A DNA stretch of 24,062 bases from Bacteroidota bacterium (GTDB taxonomy: Bacteria; Bacteroidota; Ignavibacteria; UBA10030): NCBI GenBank assembly GCA_041478155.1, contig JBGOVN010000001.1, positions 1 to 24,062 of the forward strand, in the 5' to 3' direction. A program made the position numbers and the translations under genes. The notes beneath the pieces were generated by a model, which saw only the letters and a list, made by a program, of their open reading frames with translations, made no database searches and was not told the origin of the DNA. The stretch's first letter is position 1, and each line of letters opens with the position of its first letter. This document shows positions 18,374 through 24,062 of the stretch, piece by piece.

Positions 18374-18816
18374 GGGCGTCCTGTCGATGCTTGACCCACC
18401 TTTGAAAGCCTCTTAAGATAGTGGTCTTCACGTTTTGTCATCTCCCCTTTTTGGCGCGATGTCCTGTCGTCATAATCAAGAAGATGGAGAAGGCCATGAA
18501 TTAGAAGGCGGCTTGTCTCCTGCGAAAATTTTATACCAAATTCGGCCGCCTGCAACCTCGCCCTGTCCAAGTTAACATAAATCTCGCCTTCACGTCCGTG
18601 TTCCTCATCAATGGCAATGGGGAACGTGATGACATCGGTTACTGCATCATGTCCCAGAAATTGTCTGTTGACCTGCCGGATATGACGATTATTCGTGAAA
18701 ACGACCGAAAGATGAGAGACGACGGCGCCTTCACCATGAAGAACACATTGGACAACTCTGAAAGTTTCCTTTCTCGAAAACCGCAAGAATGGATGGTCGA
18801 ATGCAACGACAATCAT
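18346..18816 (-). CDS. ybeY: rRNA maturation endoribonuclease YbeY
   Basis: VNRQFLGHDAVTDVITF, GEIYVNLD, IHGLLHLLDYDD. Confidence 0.9.
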   Translation of the reverse strand: MIVVAFDHPFLRFSRKETFRVVQCVLHGEGAVVSHLSVVFTNNRHIRQVNRQFLGHDAVTDVITFPIAIDEEHGREGEIYVNLDRARLQAAEFGIKFSQETSRLLIHGLLHLLDYDDRTSRQKGEMTKREDHYLKRLSKVGQASTGRPCKNESSKS

Positions 18817-19346
18817 CCACGCCGAACCTTTTTGGTGCGGGCAGGCCTGCGCAAACGTCTTCGACTCCTCGAGTCGACGACCTCACTCAGGAACTCGTCT
18901 TCGCTCATGGGGGGCTGCGGTAGAATCGTCTCCGTAAGCGACAATGCGATACCCGAAAGCATGACTTCAGGTCCCAAGGTCGTGAAGTCCCCCGAAAGAA
19001 TATCACGGTCCACATTCGCGTAAAGCGAGCATCCGCCTCCTCGTTCAATAGTTAGGCCCGAAAGTTTCCCATTCGTCTCGCCGACGAACGTGATCTCGCC
19101 CAGCATTTTGCTCACGACGTACCCGGTACAAAAGTGCAGTTGAAGATGCGAGCTCGGCGTGTACACTGAGATGAGACTCCCCATCCTCCTACCGATATCG
19201 ATATTGGGGTAGATCTCGAGCGCGAGCCTCCGTTCCTGCTGTTTATTCTGGACTTCGAAACGGTAGTGGTTTCCAATGCGCTTCGGTTCGATTCCGAGGA
19301 TCTGTGAAAGCTTCCGGATGTCTTTTTCCGCAAATTCAAATGCCAT
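18813..19346 (-). CDS. Hypothetical protein with Arg-rich C-terminal tail
   Basis: 177 aa; GAGGA RBS; stop overlaps the ybeY start (ATGA); I recognise no family. Confidence 0.8.
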   Translation of the reverse strand: MAFEFAEKDIRKLSQILGIEPKRIGNHYRFEVQNKQQERRLALEIYPNIDIGRRMGSLISVYTPSSHLQLHFCTGYVVSKMLGEITFVGETNGKLSGLTIERGGGCSLYANVDRDILSGDFTTLGPEVMLSGIALSLTETILPQPPMSEDEFLSEVVDSRSRRRLRRPARTKKVRRG

Positions 19347-19371
19347 TCAGCGGTTCCTCATCACGTGGCGG

Positions 19372-19556
19372 AGAAAACAAAAACCCCGACAAGCTCACCG
19401 TCAAACGAAGGCGGTGGTAGACTCCGGGGCATCTCGTACAATTGAAAAGGTAATTTGTTTGTTCGATTTTCGTTACGCTATTGTCCTTTGTGCCGTTTTC
19501 CTGCCGATTGAGCCGATTTTGCACAATCTCGTTGGGAGTATTCCTTATCAGGTTCT
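19372..19556 (-). ncRNA. Candidate structured sRNA or attenuating leader (~185 nt)
   Basis: Bounded by a strong promoter and a hairpin plus U-tract; the 5' end is complementary to the 3' end (13 bp); no convincing ORF. Confidence 0.45.
19374..19429 (-). terminator. Long irregular hairpin with U-tract (putative intrinsic terminator)
   Basis: CCCCG...CACCG-ccttcgtttga-CGGTG...CGGGG followed by TTTTTGTTTT. Confidence 0.6.
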
Positions 19557-19561
19557 ACGCA

Positions 19562-19590
19562 AATATAACCACGTCACCGCTGAGAGTCAA
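19562..19590 (-). promoter_or_regulatory. Sigma70-type promoter
   Basis: TTGACT-17 nt-TATATT(TG), just after the MBL gene stop. Confidence 0.7.
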
Positions 19591-19593
19591 GTT

Positions 19594-20493
19594 TCAAATC
19601 GAGATAGTAGTATTTTCGACTGCCGCCTCGCATTCAAACTTGTAACCGCGGCTTCTCACTTCCTTCTGACATTTCTTCAGGATATCGTCGACTTTTTCAT
19701 CGCTATGATTTTGGTCGTGGTGAAAAAGATACAGGCGTCGAACGCCGGCTTCCGCGGCTACCCGGAGTGTGAACAGGTAATGGGAATGTCCCCAGCCGAC
19801 GCGGTCGATGTATTCCTCCGGCGTGTACGTCGCGTCGTGAATCAAGACATCGGCATGGCGGCAAAAATCAAAGACACGCTGGTTCGGGTCTCCTTGCTTG
19901 ACGCTGAACTTCTCCTTCACGATCGCTTCAAAATTTGTCAGCGAGGCGGCTGCGACCTTGTCGAACGGTTCATTGTCGCTTACGTAGACCAGAACCTTTC
20001 CTTTGTACTCGATTCGATACGCGACTGTGAAGCCGGGATGATTAACATAAATCATCTTCACCTTCGCCTCGTGGATTTTCATTTCTCCCTCTTCGCGGAT
20101 CGGGACGAAATTAATCTTTGCTTTCAACTCATGAAGTTGAACTGGAAAGTAAATCCGATTCATTTGCTCGGCAATGATTTCGCTCAGCGATTTCTCCGGC
20201 CGCTCGGTCCCGATGATCGTCAGTTCATTGCCGGATATAAATGCCGGTTTGAAGAAGGGAAAACCCTGAATGTGGTCCCAATGCGGGTGAGTAATCAACA
20301 AATGTGCGTTGACCGATTCTCCGTTATTGATGAGGAAATCACCGAAGTTCCTGATCCCTGTACCTGCATCGAGTACGACAAGCTCGTCGTCGTCAAGGCG
20401 GAGCTCGAGGCAGGGTGTGTTTCCACCGTAGCGAACAGTATGCTTCCCGGGGGTCGGAATCGATCCACGAACTCCCCAAAACGTCAGTTTCAT
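19594..20493 (-). CDS. MBL-fold metallo-hydrolase (RNase Z / phosphodiesterase-like)
   Basis: MKLTFWGVRGSIPTPG...YGGNTPC, LDAGTG, THPHWDHIQG (HxHxDH), VNHPG, SDNE, IHDATY, GWGHS, FHHD; start at ATG 20493. Confidence 0.9.
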   Translation of the reverse strand: MKLTFWGVRGSIPTPGKHTVRYGGNTPCLELRLDDDELVVLDAGTGIRNFGDFLINNGESVNAHLLITHPHWDHIQGFPFFKPAFISGNELTIIGTERPEKSLSEIIAEQMNRIYFPVQLHELKAKINFVPIREEGEMKIHEAKVKMIYVNHPGFTVAYRIEYKGKVLVYVSDNEPFDKVAAASLTNFEAIVKEKFSVKQGDPNQRVFDFCRHADVLIHDATYTPEEYIDRVGWGHSHYLFTLRVAAEAGVRRLYLFHHDQNHSDEKVDDILKKCQKEVRSRGYKFECEAAVENTTISI

Positions 20494-20521
20494 CAGAGTC
20501 CCGCCGTTGTCATGCTCATTG

Positions 20522-21037
20522 TTAAGGGTTTCGATATCCGGCCGCGTACCGGACGTAATTGTCTGCGGACCGCGAGAGCCCATCCCGTTCCGCTGCCGTC
20601 AGCGGGCGTTTGATGACAGCAGGAGATCCCGCCGCCAGCATTCCTTCCGGCACTTCAAAATGCTCAAGGACGAGCGACCCCGCCGCAACGATAGAGTATC
20701 GACAGATTTTGGCGTCGTCGAGGATGACCGACCCCATTCCAATCAGGCAGTTATCCTCAACGGAACATCCATGCAGGACCACACTGTGGCCAACCGTTAC
20801 GTTCGACCCTACCCGCAGAGGATACTTCTCATGGGTGACGTGCAGAACAGAATTGTCCTGAATGTTTGTCCGGGTCCCAATTCTGACGGAATTCACGTCT
20901 CCCCGTATGACCGTATTAAACCAGACGCTGCTCTCCTCACCAATCTCGACGTTTCCGACGATTCGGGCCCCCTGAGCAACAAAGACGGAAGGGCCGAGCT
21001 TGGGGTGGTGCCCCTTGAACGGAATGAGTTGACTCAC
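20522..21037 (-). CDS. Gamma carbonic anhydrase family protein (YrdA/PaaY-like)
   Basis: Hexapeptide repeats; IRGDVN, NIQDNSVLHV, VGHSVVLHGC (three Zn His); GTGA overlap with the upstream gene. Confidence 0.92.
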   Translation of the reverse strand: MSQLIPFKGHHPKLGPSVFVAQGARIVGNVEIGEESSVWFNTVIRGDVNSVRIGTRTNIQDNSVLHVTHEKYPLRVGSNVTVGHSVVLHGCSVEDNCLIGMGSVILDDAKICRYSIVAAGSLVLEHFEVPEGMLAAGSPAVIKRPLTAAERDGLSRSADNYVRYAAGYRNP

Positions 21038-21909
21038 TTTTGTTCAACGTATTTGGGCGGCTGCCAGGTATCATGCTTCCAGCGCCGGAGTTCCACCTTG
21101 ATGCTTCCCAGAATGACCTTCATTCTGGCGACGATCGGAATTCGGGCATCGTCATTGCTGAACCATCCCTCGAATCCACCCGTCAATCCGAAGACACCGA
21201 CGAAATCAGCTCGACCGTCGAAATGAACGACCTCGACCGGGTAATCGACTGCATCGATATCGATCGACGCCCGTTCGTTCTGGAAGTCTATGAACGTCTT
21301 CTGTTCCTTATTCTCGATGAATGTCGGTATCGTCTCTTGTTTCTTTTGGCGAACATGCTCCCTTGCGTAAAAGAAAAGCGTTAAACCGTCCTGACTGCGG
21401 GCGTGAACCGGAATCGTATCTCTCAGTTCCCTCGTTGAACTGCCATTCGGCGAACGCTTTCCCTTTTCGTAATACATCTTCTGGACGTCGTAGTCGAAAT
21501 CCATCGTCCGGTAGATGACGCCGTCCTTCGAACTATCCTCCCCCAGCCAGTGATACGAAAATACATCTTCATCCATCTCACCATAGAACCGGATATGCGT
21601 TTCCGTGAGCCAGTTCATCGACGGGTTTGAATCGATGATCGTCACTGCCCGGTAGGTTGTTCGTCCGTTTCTCTGTTGCTTGTCGACAATCTTAAGCGTA
21701 ATCGTCCCAATGCTGAAGAACGAGTAGCTGACGTGGTATTCGAGTTCTTCCCCGACTTGCAGAACAGGTGGGATGGTGTCACGCGGGATTACTTCAGCCT
21801 CACCTCGGCCCGTTCGCACAGAAGCTGTGCGAAGGCCTGACAACAGGAGAACTCCGGAGCAAAGGATCAACAGCGTGAGCGTACGAGGAAGGAGACAACG
21901 TATGCTCAT
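21034..21909 (-). CDS. DUF3108 domain-containing exported protein
   Basis: Signal peptide; GEELEYHVSYSFFSIG; GWFSNDDARIPIVARMKVILGSIKVEL. Confidence 0.75.
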   Translation of the reverse strand: MSIRCLLPRTLTLLILCSGVLLLSGLRTASVRTGRGEAEVIPRDTIPPVLQVGEELEYHVSYSFFSIGTITLKIVDKQQRNGRTTYRAVTIIDSNPSMNWLTETHIRFYGEMDEDVFSYHWLGEDSSKDGVIYRTMDFDYDVQKMYYEKGKRSPNGSSTRELRDTIPVHARSQDGLTLFFYAREHVRQKKQETIPTFIENKEQKTFIDFQNERASIDIDAVDYPVEVVHFDGRADFVGVFGLTGGFEGWFSNDDARIPIVARMKVILGSIKVELRRWKHDTWQPPKYVEQK

Positions 21910-21917
21910 GGGTACCG

Positions 21918-23546
21918 TTAATTCAATCTCGCGATTTTCTCCGCCTCGGGGAACAGCGTGAGGGCTTTTTGGAACTGATTGTCAACATCCAACATGACGG
22001 CAAAGAAGCCCTCGAAACCAAAGTAGGTCTTCGCAATCTCAGCCTTCAGGCGCGCCTTGACATACACCATATCTTTTTCAAACTCTTTCGCGTCAACCGT
22101 TATGCCTTTGGACTCGATGAATTTCTTGAAATCGTCCACTTGATCGTTCGAGATTTGCATTCCGGTGCGTATGCTCCTGAGACTCTTACCATACTTCGAA
22201 CGAAGTTCCAACCCGGGCCCTTCGAGGTACGCTTTCATATAATCAAAGAATAAGTTCCGTCGTGCGATTGACTGGAAGAGTGCGGTTGTGTTGCCGTACT
22301 TCACAACGTAGTCGGGCGTTATCCCGCCCCCACCGACAACCTGTCGCCCGCCGTTCGTCTTGAACACCTGAGCTGTCGAATCGGCCTTACCTTCCCTCTT
22401 GTGCTCGATATTCTCCCCCTCTTGTTCCTCACGTTCGAACGCCTCGCGCTGGTATTTTTCCCGCTCCTTGCCTTCGTACGGCCTCTGAATAAGCCGACCG
22501 CTCGGCGTATAATAGCGCGCAATGGTGATTCTCAACGCAGAGCCGTCAGCGAGCGACCACTGGCGCTGGACAAGACCTTTACCGAACGTCGTCTCACCGA
22601 CTATGAGTCCGCGATCCCAGTCCTGAATCGCACCGGCGACAATTTCGCTTGCGCTCGCCGAACCGTTGTCGACAAGGACGATCAGTGGGAGTTTCTCATA
22701 GAGGTCTCCGGATTTCGCAAAATATGCTTCGTCAAACTCCGGCCGTCTGGCTTTTGTATACACGATCTTACGAGGATGGTCCTTCGTGCCGCCGTCGAGG
22801 AAGAGGTCCGACATCCGGTAGGCTTCCTCCAGGTACCCCCCTCCGTTCCCGCGCAGATCGAGGATGAGGCGCTTCATGCCTGCGCCCCGGAGTTGGGTTA
22901 ACGCCTTGTCCATCTCTTCGTGCGTCGTCTCTTTAAACTGGTTGACCTTGACGTACGCTGTCTCGTCGTTAACCATCAGCGCCGCATCGATGCTCACGAT
23001 TGGGATTTCATCGCGGACGATCTCAAACTCCATGAGGTCCTTAATTCCCGGACGCACGATCGAAACCTTCACTTTCGTCCCCTTCGGTCCCCTGAGGGCT
23101 TTCATGACCTGGGCATCTTTGAACGCTATCGCGGAGCTGTCGTTAATTCTCACAATGCGGTCGTTCGAAAGAATACCGAGCCGGGATGAGGGTCCTCCGC
23201 CGAGTGATTCCATGACGGTGATTGTATCGCTGATAACGCGGAAAGAGACACCGATGCCTTCGAACTTCCCTTTAAAGTCTTCCTTTACCTTTTCGAATTG
23301 TTTGGGAGGGATGTAGATCGAGTGAGGGTCGAGAGTATTGAGCATGCCGACAATCGCCGCCTCCGTGAGCTTCTGAGTGTCGACGTCTTCGACGTAGTAC
23401 TTTTCGGTGAAACTCAGAACATCCTTAAATTTCGTCAATTGTTCGTAGATGTTGTCCGCTGAGACCAGCCTGTTGATTTCCATGCCGGCGAACAGTCCTA
23501 CGAGAACGAAAGCGGCAAGCGTGACGATCGAAAAGCGTTTCTTCAT
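21918..23546 (-). CDS. S41 family C-terminal processing peptidase (PDZ + S41)
   Basis: LDPHSIY, FEGIGV, LRGPKGTKV, LDLRGNGGG, SASASEIVAGAIQD (Ser), TFGKGLVQ (Lys); start MKKRFS preferred. Confidence 0.95.
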   Translation of the reverse strand: MKKRFSIVTLAAFVLVGLFAGMEINRLVSADNIYEQLTKFKDVLSFTEKYYVEDVDTQKLTEAAIVGMLNTLDPHSIYIPPKQFEKVKEDFKGKFEGIGVSFRVISDTITVMESLGGGPSSRLGILSNDRIVRINDSSAIAFKDAQVMKALRGPKGTKVKVSIVRPGIKDLMEFEIVRDEIPIVSIDAALMVNDETAYVKVNQFKETTHEEMDKALTQLRGAGMKRLILDLRGNGGGYLEEAYRMSDLFLDGGTKDHPRKIVYTKARRPEFDEAYFAKSGDLYEKLPLIVLVDNGSASASEIVAGAIQDWDRGLIVGETTFGKGLVQRQWSLADGSALRITIARYYTPSGRLIQRPYEGKEREKYQREAFEREEQEGENIEHKREGKADSTAQVFKTNGGRQVVGGGGITPDYVVKYGNTTALFQSIARRNLFFDYMKAYLEGPGLELRSKYGKSLRSIRTGMQISNDQVDDFKKFIESKGITVDAKEFEKDMVYVKARLKAEIAKTYFGFEGFFAVMLDVDNQFQKALTLFPEAEKIARLN

Positions 23547-23595
23547 AAAAAAGACCCTTCCCAACTGCATCCTATGAAAGATAGAAATTTTATGA

Positions 23596-23623
23596 AAGTT
23601 AATGGATTTAGCCTGAAAATCAA
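23596..23623 (-). promoter_or_regulatory. Possible promoter for the S41 operon
   Basis: TTGATT-16 nt-TAACTT; weak match. Confidence 0.3.
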
Positions 23624-23643
23624 GTTAGCTGCGACACACGAGA

Positions 23644-24062
23644 TCAAAACTCGACCCGCACTCCCAGTTTGAGGCGTCGGGGCTCGTAGTATGCACCGGG
23701 ATCTCCGAGTTCACCGCCGATTCTTCCGCTCGAGTCGATCCACTTGATGTTGGTTCGGTTGAGAAGATTCCGAATGTCTGCATACACGGTGACAATGTAT
23801 TTGTTCGATTCGCCAATGTCGAATTGCCTGGTGAGCTTGCAATTCACGAACAGCACGTCTTCCATCCGGCCGTTGTTTGGGACAAATACTTTTGAGGTAT
23901 CCTGCGCCGTAAAGCCGTCGCGTGTAGGATAATAGGTGTATGGACGGGGCGAATTGTACATTACGATGAGATTGCCGCGGATATCTCCGATGAGTTTGAA
24001 CTCACCGTCGAGCTTGACCGAGTGCCGCTGGTCCCAGCTCAACGGAAATGCCTGCGCGGGTA
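23644..24062 (-). CDS. TonB-dependent receptor, C-terminal fragment
   Basis: Frame is open to the right edge (PAQAFPLSWDQRH...); beta-strand pattern, DIRNLLNRTN, YYEPRRLKLGVRVEF with terminal Phe. Confidence 0.75.
   Translation of the reverse strand, partial: PAQAFPLSWDQRHSVKLDGEFKLIGDIRGNLIVMYNSPRPYTYYPTRDGFTAQDTSKVFVPNNGRMEDVLFVNCKLTRQFDIGESNKYIVTVYADIRNLLNRTNIKWIDSSGRIGGELGDPGAYYEPRRLKLGVRVEF

Noticed and set aside
19336-19524. 62-aa GTG ORF as a leader peptide
   Set aside because: No well-spaced RBS, runs through the terminator into the next gene, and has no codon runs typical of attenuator peptides
19530-19560. GAACCTGAT...AATAC resembling the 3' half of a TPP riboswitch
   Set aside because: The 5' half (GGG...CUGAGA) is absent on that strand, and no thiamine gene lies downstream
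20494-20583. Longest-start extensions for MBL, M23 (13325), S41 (23570), DUF2795 (12273), mqnE-A (3403) and the Omp85 gene (11918)
   Set aside because: They overlap neighbouring genes, promoters or terminators; internal ATGs fit the family N-termini better
19276-20613. 445-aa plus-strand ORF
   Set aside because: Antisense to the MBL hydrolase, which has a complete motif set; the ORF has no recognisable domain

Overview
This is a 24-kb, essentially all minus-strand housekeeping region. Gene order and sequence suggest an FCB-group bacterium, probably Ignavibacteria/Chlorobi-like (inference). In transcription order (right to left) it holds: the 3' end of a TonB-dependent receptor, S41 protease, DUF3108, gamma-carbonic anhydrase-like protein, MBL-fold hydrolase, a ~185-nt promoter-to-terminator structured RNA candidate, a hypothetical protein, ybeY, smg/DUF494, topA, xerC, hpf/raiA, hprK, M23 peptidase, DUF2795, a BamA/TamA-family protein, holB and metG. 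A futalosine-pathway menaquinone operon follows: mqnP, ubiX, ubiD/mqnL, a fused mqnE-mqnA, a divergent TIR-like gene, and mqnC (truncated by the window edge and absent from the ORF track). The main points of interest are the remodelled TIR-like gene between mqnE-A and mqnC, exactly where the nucleosidase step (MqnB/MTAN) falls; the MqnE-MqnA fusion; the candidate RNA switch or sRNA; and an hpf gene with no canonical start codon. I saw no CRISPR, tRNA, rRNA or mobile element.
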